Source of the DNA: Parcubacteria group bacterium
GTDB taxonomy: Bacteria; Patescibacteriota; Minisyncoccia; Moranbacterales; UBA2206
Direction of reading: 5' to 3'
Assembly: GCA_041659505.1 (NCBI GenBank)
Contig: JBAZYF010000001.1
Location: 502,712 to 566,711 of the forward strand
DNA: 64,000 nucleotides
Below, piece after piece: positions 9,561 to 20,144 of this stretch; the stretch's first letter is position 1, and each line of letters starts with the position of its first letter. The position numbers and the translations under genes were made by a program. The notes beneath the pieces are model-generated. The model did not search any database, had not been told where the DNA came from, and saw only the letters and a program-made list of their open reading frames with translations.

Positions 9561-11348
9561 TTATAATACTTTTTTCTTCATATCCTCCTTGAAAGAAATC
9601 AAAATATCATCAACTTTAATTTTCGTTTCTCCGAGGAATGTGATGCCGCACTCGTTGGGTGCTTTGCAATCATTGACGTCAACTTTGTTGGCTTGCAGAT
9701 TTCCCATCTTGCCTTTGCCAATAACCACGTCGTCTCTCTCTACTTCCAAAGAAGAGTTTTTTTCGATGCGGCCTGAGGTGACGCGTCCGCCGATGATCAT
9801 ATCTTTCTTGCCGGTTTTAAAGATCGCCAAAACCTTCATCTTGCCAAAATCTTCCCTTTCAAATTCATCGGGGAGCATCGCGACGAGGCGCGCTTTGATG
9901 TCATCGATCAGTTCATAGATGATTTTGTAATTTTTCACTTCTACTTTGCTAGCTTCGGCCATTCTTTTGGCGACTGGAGTAAATTCAACATTGAAGCCAA
10001 AAATAACCGATTTAGAACTACTAGCAAAACGGACATCGGATTCGGTGATATTTCCCACGCCTGTGCCGACATAGTCGATGGCGACTTTGTCATTTTTAAT
10101 CTCTCCTAGGATTTGCTGGATCGCTTCCAGGGAGCCATGGACATCAGATTTGATGATGACATTTAATTTGGCAACATTGCCACTAGCAATGCTGGAATAA
10201 ATTTTTTCTGTGTTGAGATTGGTTCCACTTTCGGCGTGGGAGAAAATCTTGGCTTCGCTGAGTTTGGCTTGCCCGATCGATTTTGAGGCGACGACTTGCA
10301 AGATATCATTAGAATTGGGCGTGGCATGGAGGCCGATGAGACTGACTGGTGTGCCTGGCAGGGCTTGTGTAATTCTTTTTCCGGTAAAGTCTTCCAGACG
10401 TCTGACGCGGCCAAAGGTATTTCCTGCAATCACGTCCTGACCTTCCTTAAGAGTACCGGTTTTGACTAAAATTGTGGAAACGGGACCTTTATGCGGATCG
10501 AGATGTGCTTCAAGTACAATGCCGAGCGCTGTGCGTTCGTGGTTAGCTTTAAAATCTTCTACTTCAGAGATAAGCAGGATATTATCCAAAAGATCATCAA
10601 TGCCGATATTTTGCTTGGCGCTGATTTTGGAAGAGAGGACCTGTCCGCCCCATTCTTCGAGCAAGATGCCATTTTCGGCCAGTTCTTGTTTGACTCTTTG
10701 GACATTTACACCAGGCTTATCAATTTTATTAATTGCAACAACGACAGGAATTTTTTTGGCTAAAAGATATTCAATGACCTCTTTGGTCTGCGGCCTGACT
10801 CCATCATCAGCGGCAACGACCAAAACAGCAATATCTGCGAGACTGACTCCGCGTTCCCGCATCGCGGAAAAAGCGGCGTGACCGGGAGTGTCGATAAACG
10901 TGATCAGTTGGCCTTTTTTCTTGACTTGGTAGGCGCTGATGTGTTGGGTAATTCCTCCGGATTCCTTCATTGCAACGCTAGTTTTACGGATGGTGTCGAG
11001 CAAAGTGGTCTTTCCGTGATCAACGTGGCCTAAGATTGTGACGACTGGCGGACGTGATTTGAGATTTTCTCCTGAGGAAACCTCACTTTTGCAGATTTCC
11101 AACAGTTTTTCCAAAGTCATGGCGTCTCCGGCATCGAGTACTTCTTCGGAGGCGTCAAAACCAAGGTCGCTGGCGATAATGGAAGCGGTCTCAAAGTCAA
11201 TTTTTTCGTTAATCGTAGCAAAAATACCGTTTTTGATCAGTTCGGTAATGACTATATTCACTGGCAGTGCCAAAAGCTCACTAAATTTTTTGACAGTGAC
11301 CGATGGCGGAAGGATGACTTTTTTTCTAATGACTTCTGGTTCGGGCAT
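9561..11348 (-). CDS. infB: Translation initiation factor IF-2
   Basis: RPPVVTILGHVDHGKTTLLD, DTPGH, NKID. Confidence 0.97.
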   Translation of the reverse strand: MPEPEVIRKKVILPPSVTVKKFSELLALPVNIVITELIKNGIFATINEKIDFETASIIASDLGFDASEEVLDAGDAMTLEKLLEICKSEVSSGENLKSRPPVVTILGHVDHGKTTLLDTIRKTSVAMKESGGITQHISAYQVKKKGQLITFIDTPGHAAFSAMRERGVSLADIAVLVVAADDGVRPQTKEVIEYLLAKKIPVVVAINKIDKPGVNVQRVKQELAENGILLEEWGGQVLSSKISAKQNIGIDDLLDNILLISEVEDFKANHERTALGIVLEAHLDPHKGPVSTILVKTGTLKEGQDVIAGNTFGRVRRLEDFTGKRITQALPGTPVSLIGLHATPNSNDILQVVASKSIGQAKLSEAKIFSHAESGTNLNTEKIYSSIASGNVAKLNVIIKSDVHGSLEAIQQILGEIKNDKVAIDYVGTGVGNITESDVRFASSSKSVIFGFNVEFTPVAKRMAEASKVEVKNYKIIYELIDDIKARLVAMLPDEFEREDFGKMKVLAIFKTGKKDMIIGGRVTSGRIEKNSSLEVERDDVVIGKGKMGNLQANKVDVNDCKAPNECGITFLGETKIKVDDILISFKEDMKKKVL

Positions 11349-11379
11349 GATATTTTACGATTAGGGTTATTTAGTTTGA

Positions 11380-11514
11380 GACTTACTCATTTGCCAAAAA
11401 ATTATTCTCAAAAGCACGGTTTCCTCATTTTTACCGGTCCTTGCTGGTTTACCGGAGGCCTGGGATGCTAAAAGAGATGGGCGTGCGAACAACTTTTTAA
11501 CAAATACGTAAGTC
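11380..11514. repeat. MITE-like element with GACTTAC..ATTTG terminal inverted repeats (family 3, copy 1)
   Basis: GACTTACTCATTTGCCAAAAA ... TTTTTAACAAATACGTAAGTC; related copy at 49116. Confidence 0.65.
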
Positions 11515-11556
11515 CTACATCTTTTAATTTTGTGAATATTAAAGCCTTTTGTAGGG

Positions 11557-12075
11557 TTATTTTTTCTTCCTGTCTTCAACTAAAAGCGCGGTTTCGATGG
11601 CCTTCTTTTCTTCTTCGGTCAGAGGGAAATTTGGCGATTCTCCATTCGTAATGGCCTTGGAATAAACCCTCGTGCCTTCTTTGGTGTAGAGAGCGGTAAT
11701 AGTGATGCCGTTATTTTTTCCGTTCAGAAGCGCAATAGAAAAACTTTGATTTCCGCCGACATCTTTGAATGGATTGAAGCGGATAGCGGAAATCTTGTGG
11801 ATGCCACGCATCGCCAAATTATTGATCTCATTGGAAATGGTGTAGAGCTCTTGGATGTCTTTGTCGAGCACTTTCAGATTTTTGGCTTGTTCTAGGAATA
11901 TTTCTTCCAGGTTTTTGACTTTTTCGCCTTTGAAAAATTCTCGATTGGTGGCTTGAAGCTTTCGTAGAGTCAGATGTAGAAAAATGTTCCAAATCAGCAC
12001 AACTAATAAAAAAAGAGAGAAAAGCGCCAAAAAAAGCAATAAATGTGTTTCGATTAGGATTTTGATGGTTGCCAT
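11557..12075 (-). CDS. DUF4446-like membrane-anchored protein
   Basis: RFNPFKDVGGNQSFSIALL, YSKAI, LTEEEKKAI. Confidence 0.8.
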   Translation of the reverse strand: MATIKILIETHLLLFLALFSLFLLVVLIWNIFLHLTLRKLQATNREFFKGEKVKNLEEIFLEQAKNLKVLDKDIQELYTISNEINNLAMRGIHKISAIRFNPFKDVGGNQSFSIALLNGKNNGITITALYTKEGTRVYSKAITNGESPNFPLTEEEKKAIETALLVEDRKKK

Positions 12076-12301
12076 ACCTTGATACGACGTAGCTATAGCG
12101 TAGTCTATTTTATGCTTAAAATAAAGAATCTCTCCTATCCAGGTTAGCATTAAAAATGAGTTATGTAAAGCTTAAAATAGAAGTTGAATTCCTAATGTTT
12201 TAGAGGTATAGCTTTTAGCAATTGGGATGCGGTTGTTGTTTTTTGAATTTTATTGTAAAATGAAAGAGTGTAAAGGACTTGAAAGATATTTTGAAAAGCA
12301 A

Positions 12302-12892
12302 ATGGAAAAACAAAAAAAAATAAGCATGGATGGTGATACCAGTATAATAGGGAATCCTTCTCTTGAGATGAAGTTTATCAATCCACAAGCGATTATTGAC
12401 ACGATTGAAATTACTGAAGGAATGACCATAGGGGATTTTGGCTGTGGAACAGGCTACTTTTCATTCCCTCTTGCAAAAAAAGTTGGGCAAAGCGGAATCG
12501 TGTACGCCGTCGATATTTTGAAGGAAAAATTGGAAGTAGTCGAATCAGAGGCAAAGATATTGGGGCTTGACAATATTATTGTCAAAAGAGCCAATCTTGA
12601 ACTGATCGGTGGATCAAATCTGGAAGGGGAGAGTCTGGATTGGGTTTGTTTAGTCAATATGCTTTTTCAAAATAAAAATAAAAGTTTAGTCATTGAGGAA
12701 GCTGTAAGAGTTTTGAAAAAAGGTGGGAGGATGCTGGTTGTTGAATGGAGTGGGGATAATCATTTTGGTCCGGAAAAAAAGATGCGTGTAACGCAAGACG
12801 AAATTTCTAAATTAGCCTTAAATGCTGGATTGAGTTTTTTGCAAGAGATTAAAATTAGTAATTTTCATTACGGTATAATTTTAGGAAAATAA
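12302..12892 (+). CDS. Class I SAM-dependent methyltransferase
   Basis: DFGCGTG, YAVDI, RVLKKGG; start uncertain. Confidence 0.85.
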   Translation: MEKQKKISMDGDTSIIGNPSLEMKFINPQAIIDTIEITEGMTIGDFGCGTGYFSFPLAKKVGQSGIVYAVDILKEKLEVVESEAKILGLDNIIVKRANLELIGGSNLEGESLDWVCLVNMLFQNKNKSLVIEEAVRVLKKGGRMLVVEWSGDNHFGPEKKMRVTQDEISKLALNAGLSFLQEIKISNFHYGIILGK

Positions 12893-12893
12893 T

Positions 12894-14273
12894 ATGAAAA
12901 ACAAGATTAGAGCCTTCTCAGCTTTGCTTGCTGTAGTGTCTGTACTATTTGTTTCTGGTTGTGGTTGTGCTCCGGTAGTTAAAAAATATAAAGTCAATTT
13001 GGAAGTGTGGGGCGTGGTAGATGATAGCGATGCTTATGTGGAAATTTTTAAGAATTATCATGATATAAATCCCAACGTGGGAACCATCACTTACAAAAAG
13101 CAGCGGATCGAGACTTACCAGCAGGATTTGCTCGATGCTTTGGCTTCCGGCAAGGGTCCAGATATCTTTCTTATTCAAAACAATTGGTTACCGATGTTTG
13201 CTAATAAGATAGTTGCGGCGCCGAAGGAGATTCTTACCGAACAGAGATTTCGTTCTAATTTTGTCGACGTTGTCGCTGACGATTTTGTTTCCAATGGCGA
13301 CGTGTTTGCTGCTCCACTTTCAGCTAATTCACTCGCACTTTACTATAATAAGGATCTGTTTAATGCAGCAGGGATCGTTGCTCCTCCAAAAACTTGGGAT
13401 GAATTTTTGAGCGACACGGAGAAAATAACTAAAATCAATTCCAATGGAGAGATTAGCCCTTCCGGTGCGTCACTAGGAACAAATTCCGGAAATATTAATC
13501 GAGCGACTGATATTTTGGGGATGTTGATGTTGCAAAGCAAGGCTTCGATGCGAGATGCAAGTGGAAGGGTGAATTTTGGCAGGGATCAGAGTGCTATAAA
13601 GGCACTGGAATTCTACACCAATTTTGCTAAGAGTTCAGCGCCAAATTATTCCTGGAATTCGCGGATGCATTATTCAATCGACGCTTTCTCCGAAGGGACT
13701 CTTGCTATGATGTTTAATTATTCTTGGCAAATACCAATAATCAGAAGCAAAGCACCAAAATTAAATTTTGCCGTTGCGTCTGTTCCACAGATGTCCCTTG
13801 GGTCGCCGGTCAATTATGCTAACTATTGGGGTTATGCGGTTACGGGAAATAAAATTATCGTCAATGATCCAAAAAGTAAGCTGCTACCGGTTACGAATGA
13901 TATGCGAGTAACTGAGGCGTGGAAACTTTTAACTTATTTAACAACAAAGGAGGGGATTCCGGCCGTTGCATCATCTTCGGGGATAAGCGTGGTGAAAAAA
14001 CCAGTCGGAAATTTTGATCCGGCAGCGAATTATCTCGAGAGAACCAAACAGCCAGCAGCAAGAAGGGACTTGATTGATACACAGAGGAGTGATGTTGATC
14101 TCGGTGTTTTTGCTCAGGGCAATTTGATCGCCAAGAGTTGGGTAGAAAATGACCCCGTAGCAATCGAAGGTTTTTTTGATGAAATGATAGATAATATCAA
14201 TCATGGAGCGATGAGTGTGGCAGATGCGATTTCTGTAACGGCTGACCGGATTCAAAGATCTGAACTGAAGTAA
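12894..14273 (+). CDS. Extracellular solute-binding lipoprotein (sugar ABC type)
   Basis: Lipobox-like SGC, GPDIF, LYYNKDLF, PKTWDEF. Confidence 0.88.
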   Translation: MKNKIRAFSALLAVVSVLFVSGCGCAPVVKKYKVNLEVWGVVDDSDAYVEIFKNYHDINPNVGTITYKKQRIETYQQDLLDALASGKGPDIFLIQNNWLPMFANKIVAAPKEILTEQRFRSNFVDVVADDFVSNGDVFAAPLSANSLALYYNKDLFNAAGIVAPPKTWDEFLSDTEKITKINSNGEISPSGASLGTNSGNINRATDILGMLMLQSKASMRDASGRVNFGRDQSAIKALEFYTNFAKSSAPNYSWNSRMHYSIDAFSEGTLAMMFNYSWQIPIIRSKAPKLNFAVASVPQMSLGSPVNYANYWGYAVTGNKIIVNDPKSKLLPVTNDMRVTEAWKLLTYLTTKEGIPAVASSSGISVVKKPVGNFDPAANYLERTKQPAARRDLIDTQRSDVDLGVFAQGNLIAKSWVENDPVAIEGFFDEMIDNINHGAMSVADAISVTADRIQRSELK

Positions 14274-14407
14274 TCAGACGATCTGTTTCTGATGCTTTTT
14301 GTTTTTTTGAGTGCGGGATGTTTATAAATTTATGATAAAAATTAAGTCATTAAAAATGCCCTCATCCACTTTGTGAATGCAAATAAAAAGTGGTGGGAAC
14401 AAATAAA

Positions 14408-15028
14408 ATGCAAAAGAAAAAATATTTGATCATATTATTGGTCCTCGTGTGCGGTTTGCTATTTGTGAATAATGTTTTTGCCGAATCAACCGGAGGTTCT
14501 GTCACAACTTCCTTTCCCAATCCGATTACCTCCAACTCGATTGCCGATGTTTTAAATGGACTGATGAAGGCACTTTATGGCCTGGTAGTAACCTTGGCAA
14601 TCATCTTTATTGTTATCGGCGGAATTCTTTATATGATGTCCGCAGGTGATCCGGGAATGATTACGCGTGCTAAGAATTGTTGGTTGTTTTCTGTTATTGG
14701 TCTTGCTATCGTAATCGCCGCACCAACTTTTCTTAAGCAAGTCGAATCAATCTTGGGAGGAAGTTTAACTGACGAAAATGGCCAGCTTAAAAATGCATTG
14801 ACAATTGGACAGATTGCTACCAATATTCTTAACTTCCTCTTGTCGGTTACGGGAATCATTGCTATAATCAGTTTAGTTATTGCGGGAGTGATGTATATGA
14901 CCGCTTATGGTGATAGTACAAGAATAGAGACTGCCAAAAAAACGGGAACATGGGCGCTTGTGGGAATTATTGTTGCGCTGGTTTCTTTGATTGCTGTTCA
15001 GCAAATTGCTAAATTGATCACAGGATAG
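14408..15028 (+). CDS. Tandem TrbC/VirB2-type pilin
   Basis: Two GILYMMSAGD..AK-type two-TM units after a signal peptide. Confidence 0.8.
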   Translation: MQKKKYLIILLVLVCGLLFVNNVFAESTGGSVTTSFPNPITSNSIADVLNGLMKALYGLVVTLAIIFIVIGGILYMMSAGDPGMITRAKNCWLFSVIGLAIVIAAPTFLKQVESILGGSLTDENGQLKNALTIGQIATNILNFLLSVTGIIAIISLVIAGVMYMTAYGDSTRIETAKKTGTWALVGIIVALVSLIAVQQIAKLITG

Positions 15029-15031
15029 ACT

Positions 15032-15142
15032 CTACGAATTACGAATTTGTACGAATGTACGAATAAATACAGGGGGTTTTTATGATTACTATTAAGCTCG
15101 CAACAACAGATTAGTACATTTATAGGAATTCGTAATTCGTAG
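15032..15142. repeat. TACGAAT repeats in inverted arrangement
   Basis: ctacgaattacgaatttgtacgaatgtacgaat ... attcgtaattcgtag. Confidence 0.6.
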
Positions 15143-15177
15143 TCAGATAAAAAATAAAAATAGAAGGAGGTGTTTCA

Positions 15178-15540
15178 ATGAAAAATACAATTAAAAGATT
15201 AGCTTACGGAGCATCAGTGACAGCCCTAACGTTACCAGTAATGGCCTTGGGCTATGGGACTTTTGATCCGACGGCTGGTGGCGGGACAGGTCTTCCTCAG
15301 CAGTCCATCATGGGAATCATCACGAATATTATGAAGTGGCTGCTTACTGCGATCGGAATCGCTGGAGTGATTGGATTTGCGATTGCTGGAATCCTTTATT
15401 TGACAGCTGCGGGAAATGAGGATCAGATCAAAAAGGCTAAAGGTGCTATGGTCGCCTCCATCATCGGAGTGATTGTGGCTTTGGTCGGAGTGGTGGCGCT
15501 TAACGCAGCCAGCGGATTGCTTGGCGGAAGTCAGTTCTGA
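15178..15540 (+). CDS. TrbC/VirB2-type pilin
   Basis: GILYLTAAGNEDQIKKAK; AGGAGGTG SD. Confidence 0.82.
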   Translation: MKNTIKRLAYGASVTALTLPVMALGYGTFDPTAGGGTGLPQQSIMGIITNIMKWLLTAIGIAGVIGFAIAGILYLTAAGNEDQIKKAKGAMVASIIGVIVALVGVVALNAASGLLGGSQF

Positions 15541-15768
15541 TCTATTTTTTATCATTGACTCAATTTTTGAGTTAATATAGAAAAAGGCGTGTTGAGATAA
15601 GGAATTCTAATCTTAACATAAAAAATATCTGGTTAATGGGGATAAGCGACTTTTCTTATTGACTTAAAAACAACCCTGGTTAGCCAGGGTTGTTTTTATA
15701 TTTTAATTTTTTGTGGTATAATTCTGATGCAATGGTTATGTTTAATTTAATTTTTAATCGAAATAAAA

Positions 15769-16146
15769 ATGCAAAAAATAAAAACAATACTGAAGAAAGT
15801 TTTTCCAGCTGTGGGAGTAAGTTTGACCTTGCTATTTCTTTGGGCGCAGGATGCTTTTGCTGTTTGGGATCCTACTAGCTTGGTTGGTACTGGGCTGCCT
15901 AGTGCTCCGATATATTATATCATTGTTGGGATTTTGGATTGGCTTTTAACTATTGTTGGCGTGATTGGCGTGATTGGTTTTGTCATTGCCGGACTGATGT
16001 ATTTGACCTCAGCGGGACAGGAAGATCAAATTAAGACGGCCAAAAAAGCGATGCTAGCTTCAATCGTTGGAGTACTTGTGGCTATTTGTGGCGTAGTAGT
16101 TATGTATGCAGTAAACTCGATGCTTAATGCGGAGAGTCTATTTTAA
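15769..16146 (+). CDS. TrbC/VirB2-type pilin
   Basis: GLMYLTSAGQEDQIKTAKK. Confidence 0.82.
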   Translation: MQKIKTILKKVFPAVGVSLTLLFLWAQDAFAVWDPTSLVGTGLPSAPIYYIIVGILDWLLTIVGVIGVIGFVIAGLMYLTSAGQEDQIKTAKKAMLASIVGVLVAICGVVVMYAVNSMLNAESLF

Positions 16147-16156
16147 GTTTAAAAAA

Positions 16157-16798
16157 ATGAAAAAAAATAAAAAAATATTTATAATTCTATCAGCAGCCGT
16201 TTTTTTTAGTTTTCTGATAGTTGAAAAATCACAAGCAGCAACTTGTTGGACGGGAAGTTGCAAAGCAGCTTGCTCAAGCACAGAGCAAATATCTACTGTT
16301 CCAGGCGATGGTTGTGGAGATGGGGAAGTTTGTTGTGTCCCAAAATCGGCGGATGTGACAAATCCTTGCGTGGGCCTCGCGGATGGCATTTTTTGCACAA
16401 CGGAGAGCGGTAAGGCTGGTACTTGCCAGGGCGGGTTTTGTAGTGCAGACAGCAATGATGACGACGACGATGATGATGATTACAATAGCACATCAACTAG
16501 TGGTTGGAATTCATCTAACCTGACACAGTTTGGTCTGCCCGATGCGGGCGGTACTGGCGATGCGGGTTATGTAATTTACGCAGTTTTGGATTGGTTGCTT
16601 GCAGTGGTAGGTGCTGTGGCGATAATCGCATTGGTTGTTTCTGGCATCCAATATTTCATGGTGGCAACAGATGAAAAAATGATGGAGCGGGCGAAAAAAA
16701 CTATGACAGCAGCAATTATCGGTCTAATCGTGGCATTGTCTGGATTGGTCGCGATTTATGCCATAGATTTAATGCTTCGCGCGGACTCTTTATTTTAA
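16157..16798 (+). CDS. Pilin with Cys-rich N-terminal domain and poly-Asp linker
   Basis: Signal peptide, multiple Cys, D8 run, GIQYFMVATDEK..AKK. Confidence 0.78.
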   Translation: MKKNKKIFIILSAAVFFSFLIVEKSQAATCWTGSCKAACSSTEQISTVPGDGCGDGEVCCVPKSADVTNPCVGLADGIFCTTESGKAGTCQGGFCSADSNDDDDDDDDYNSTSTSGWNSSNLTQFGLPDAGGTGDAGYVIYAVLDWLLAVVGAVAIIALVVSGIQYFMVATDEKMMERAKKTMTAAIIGLIVALSGLVAIYAIDLMLRADSLF

Positions 16799-16816
16799 AA
16801 ATTTTAAAGATTAAAA

Positions 16817-17539
16817 ATGGATATGCAAAATAATAAAAAAAAATTACTCTTATTTTCTGTAGTAATCTTTGCAGTTGGGTTTTTTATGGCAGGCAACGCT
16901 CAGGCGGAGAGTTGTATATGCGGCAGTGCCACGAGTTCGTCATATTCGACCGCACCAACAAGCAACCTTTGCCAAACAGGCACTAATTCTTCAGTTACTC
17001 CAGATAGTGGCTATTGGAATTGGAGCTGTGGGGAAACTTGCGATACTGTTAGTTGTCAGGCTCGTCAATCAGTTGATTTAACTACTTGTATTTGCGGCAG
17101 TTCTAATGGGCAATCATTTGATGCTGCTCCGACAAGCAATCTTTGCAATACGGGGACGGCATCTTCTGTCACTGGAACAGGGCCTTGGAATTGGAGCTGT
17201 GGAGAGAGTTGTGGTACAGCAACTTGTTCGGCGAATAAGACTGGTGATTCAACAACAAATGGAACTGGTATTACTTTTCCGACAAACACGGGACTGCCAA
17301 CAAATTCCGGATTGGTCAAGGGAATTTTTACGAATGTGGCTAATTGGCTTCTAAGTATTATTGGTATTATTGCTATTATTAGTTTCGTGATTTCCGGAGT
17401 CCAATATTTTTTAGTAGCGACAGATGAGAAAATGCTGGAAACCGCTAAGAAAACGATGATGACTTCGATCATTGGAATTGTGGTGGCTTTATTTGGCTAT
17501 ATCGCAATAAAAACAGTAGAGATGCTTTTAAAAGGTTAG
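16817..17539 (+). CDS. Pilin with duplicated Cys-rich domain
   Basis: Two CICGS..APTSNLC..WNWSCGE repeats, GVQYFLVATDEK. Confidence 0.78.
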   Translation: MDMQNNKKKLLLFSVVIFAVGFFMAGNAQAESCICGSATSSSYSTAPTSNLCQTGTNSSVTPDSGYWNWSCGETCDTVSCQARQSVDLTTCICGSSNGQSFDAAPTSNLCNTGTASSVTGTGPWNWSCGESCGTATCSANKTGDSTTNGTGITFPTNTGLPTNSGLVKGIFTNVANWLLSIIGIIAIISFVISGVQYFLVATDEKMLETAKKTMMTSIIGIVVALFGYIAIKTVEMLLKG

Positions 17540-17628
17540 CTGTATTGTATAAAAAAAGACAATTTTAAAGGGCAGCTCAGTTGAGTTGCCCTTTTTATCA
17601 CCTCCTTTCGATGAAGTCGTGATTTTTG

Positions 17629-18774
17629 TTATTTTCTTGTGAGTATCACCTCCTTTGTTCCTGGAGGTGGAGAGAAACATTGTTTTGTTTCTCTTAGCAC
17701 GATCACTGTGCCATTTGTGATGCGTGCCTTATCTTCCCAGATCTCACGTACTGTTGTGCCCAGAGGGAAAACATTCCAGCCCCCTACTTGGATTACCTCA
17801 GAGAAGGGCGGTGTGCCGGTGGCTGGTATTACATACCGGTCAATTTTTCCGGTACCGGTAGCTGGCTGAGTGGGGCTTTTATTTTTTTTCTGCATCTCAA
17901 CTTGGAGATGCATTTCTTCCAGTTTCTGTTTTCTAGCTGCCTCATCAGCATCATGTTTTGTCTTGGCCGCTGCAGCTGCATCGGCCTTGGCCTTCTCGCC
18001 AGTGATAAAATCCAGGGTATTATCCAAAACTTTTTCCCCAGCATCTTTGATTTTCTGAGATACCGGAGGGGGTGTTAATTGCTTTGGATATCTGGTTTGG
18101 ATTCTGTTGATAACATCAGTGCCAAGCCAGGGTATTAATACGATAACACCCAGTGAGCAAAAAACAAATCGGATAATCTTGTTTTTGGCCCCTAATCCAA
18201 AAGCAAATAAAGCAAAGGATAAGCAGCCAATTAATTTATTTATGGGATCAGTAAGTCGATCCCCCAAAAACGTAAGGTCTGGATTGATCATGGCTTGAGT
18301 GAAAAGATAAATTTCCGCCACAATCGCAAATCCCATAGTGAAACCCAAAAAACCTTTTACTCTGCTTCCTGCTGCTGCTCTCTGATATCCCGAGAAACTC
18401 ATTATTGCAAGAATCGGGAGACCGGCAGTAATCCAAGAGAATACGCCGTCTACCTTACCATAAATAACAACAAGCGATCCAATGAAAGCCGCTAAAAAGA
18501 ATAGCGGCAATCTCTTGCTTTGCGAGTTCTCTCTGTAGGTCAAATATGCAATAATCAATTCCAGAATTGCCAGAAATTTCCAGAAGAACCATCCGCCACC
18601 CGGTGTTAAAGATTGTGTTTGTCCGGGTTGTGCCGAGATGGGTTGCGCGGTTGGGGTTGGGTCTGAAATCATGCTGGACCAAATCGACCAGCAAATAAAA
18701 ATAGTGATTCCTATCCCTAGCCAGATGAATAAATTTCTATGAGCTCTTGCCCATGTGGTGATCCTATTAAACAT
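17629..18774 (-). CDS. Hypothetical multi-pass membrane protein
   Basis: Several hydrophobic segments; AAGGAGG SD. Confidence 0.65.
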   Translation of the reverse strand: MFNRITTWARAHRNLFIWLGIGITIFICWSIWSSMISDPTPTAQPISAQPGQTQSLTPGGGWFFWKFLAILELIIAYLTYRENSQSKRLPLFFLAAFIGSLVVIYGKVDGVFSWITAGLPILAIMSFSGYQRAAAGSRVKGFLGFTMGFAIVAEIYLFTQAMINPDLTFLGDRLTDPINKLIGCLSFALFAFGLGAKNKIIRFVFCSLGVIVLIPWLGTDVINRIQTRYPKQLTPPPVSQKIKDAGEKVLDNTLDFITGEKAKADAAAAAKTKHDADEAARKQKLEEMHLQVEMQKKNKSPTQPATGTGKIDRYVIPATGTPPFSEVIQVGGWNVFPLGTTVREIWEDKARITNGTVIVLRETKQCFSPPPGTKEVILTRK

Positions 18775-18785
18775 TTGAGCCTCCT

Positions 18786-19526
18786 TTATTTAAGAACTTC
18801 ATACACAATTTTTGATAAGGCAGTAATAATTGCGATCAGTCCGGTGAAAAAAAGACAAATGGACAAAAACTTATTTCCATGCATCCATTTGACAGTCTTT
18901 TTTATTCCGCCTGTTTTCACCAGCAGATCCCTACCAATCGCGATCGCCTTTTGACGCTGATAAATTTGATCAGCCGTCCCAGGAAGATAAGCTTCTTCGA
19001 TCAATTGAAGAAAAAAATCGTCACAGGGATTGCGAAGGGTCGTTTGCGCAAAAACGAATCGCGCGTTGGTCTCATTTTTTGAAGTAAGTTTTCCACTTTG
19101 CTCCAAAAATTCCTTCGTCATCTCCATCAGTCTGACCCGATACTTTCCAGCATCAAATCCGTCAGCAATAAATCTTTTCCGGAATTCCTCTTCCACAATC
19201 AGAATAATTCGATTGCTACATGAGGATAACCCAAGATTTCTCCATGTCTCATCCTCGCCGGTTAGTTCCTCCGGGATGAGTGATAAAACCCAGTCCGGAA
19301 CTCGTCCTTCATTTGGACTTCCCGGTTCTGGTTTCTTGCTTATGCCCATCAACATAGCCATGATAATGGCGAAGTTCTGAACCTTTTCCCAAGTCAGCCA
19401 CGCGCTTTTTACTTTCTCGGTGGCAGTGGGAACTGCGGCTTCTGTTGCTTTGGGCCTTTCTTCGGGCTTGGGCGCTTCCTCTGTCTTGGGTGTTGTTTTT
19501 GGGGTATTTTTCTGATTTCTTGCCAT
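18786..19526 (-). CDS. Hypothetical membrane-associated protein
   Basis: 246-aa ORF, GGAGG SD, C-terminal TM. Confidence 0.65.
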   Translation of the reverse strand: MARNQKNTPKTTPKTEEAPKPEERPKATEAAVPTATEKVKSAWLTWEKVQNFAIIMAMLMGISKKPEPGSPNEGRVPDWVLSLIPEELTGEDETWRNLGLSSCSNRIILIVEEEFRKRFIADGFDAGKYRVRLMEMTKEFLEQSGKLTSKNETNARFVFAQTTLRNPCDDFFLQLIEEAYLPGTADQIYQRQKAIAIGRDLLVKTGGIKKTVKWMHGNKFLSICLFFTGLIAIITALSKIVYEVLK

Positions 19527-20012
19527 TGTAATCCTCCGTTTCCGTCTTGTCGGCGTAAAAAATTGATATATAAAATTGTCAAGGAGCCGACCATTCGGCT
19601 CTTGGTTTTGACCTTGAGTCGAGTCGACGCTCTGTTGCGTTGACCTTATATACTAGCACAAAATGAGAAAAAAGTCAATTTGGGTTTGAACGTATAATTG
19701 GATAAGGCTTTATATAAGCCATAAAATTTTGGGGGATTTGGGATGAAGAGTTGATTTGAGGCTATTTTAGGCTAAATATTTGGAAAAATGTGCCAAAAAG
19801 GTGAAAAATGTAATAAATGGCTTAAAATAGCCAAAATGTAGTTAACCCGCCTATTTGCAGCGTAGTTCATTCAATTGGTCAGTTAAAAAACTTAATTTGA
19901 CAAAATGTAAGCTTCTAGTCTATAATATGAGTGTTGATAGGGAAGGAAGATTCAGGTTCGCGAAAGCGGGCTTTTTATTTAAGCTTCAAGCTGCAAATCA
20001 ATAAAAAACTGG

Positions 20013-20083
20013 TGTCATGCCGGACTTGATCCGGCATCTATGATGATACGAATCGGAGATCCTGAATCAAGTTCAGGATGACA
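20013..20083. repeat. Palindromic doublet GTCATGCCGGACTTGATCCGGCATC / GATCCTGAATCAAGTTCAGGATGAC
   Basis: Two inverted REP-like hairpins with GTCAT/ATGAC ends. Confidence 0.7.
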
Positions 20084-20144
20084 TGAAAAATTTGTAATTT
20101 GTAGAAATTAAACTAGCTTTAATTAATCATTAAATAATAAATGT

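Noticed and set aside
11367-11579. 70-aa ORF between DUF4446 and infB
   Set aside because: Coincides with the family 3 inverted-repeat element.
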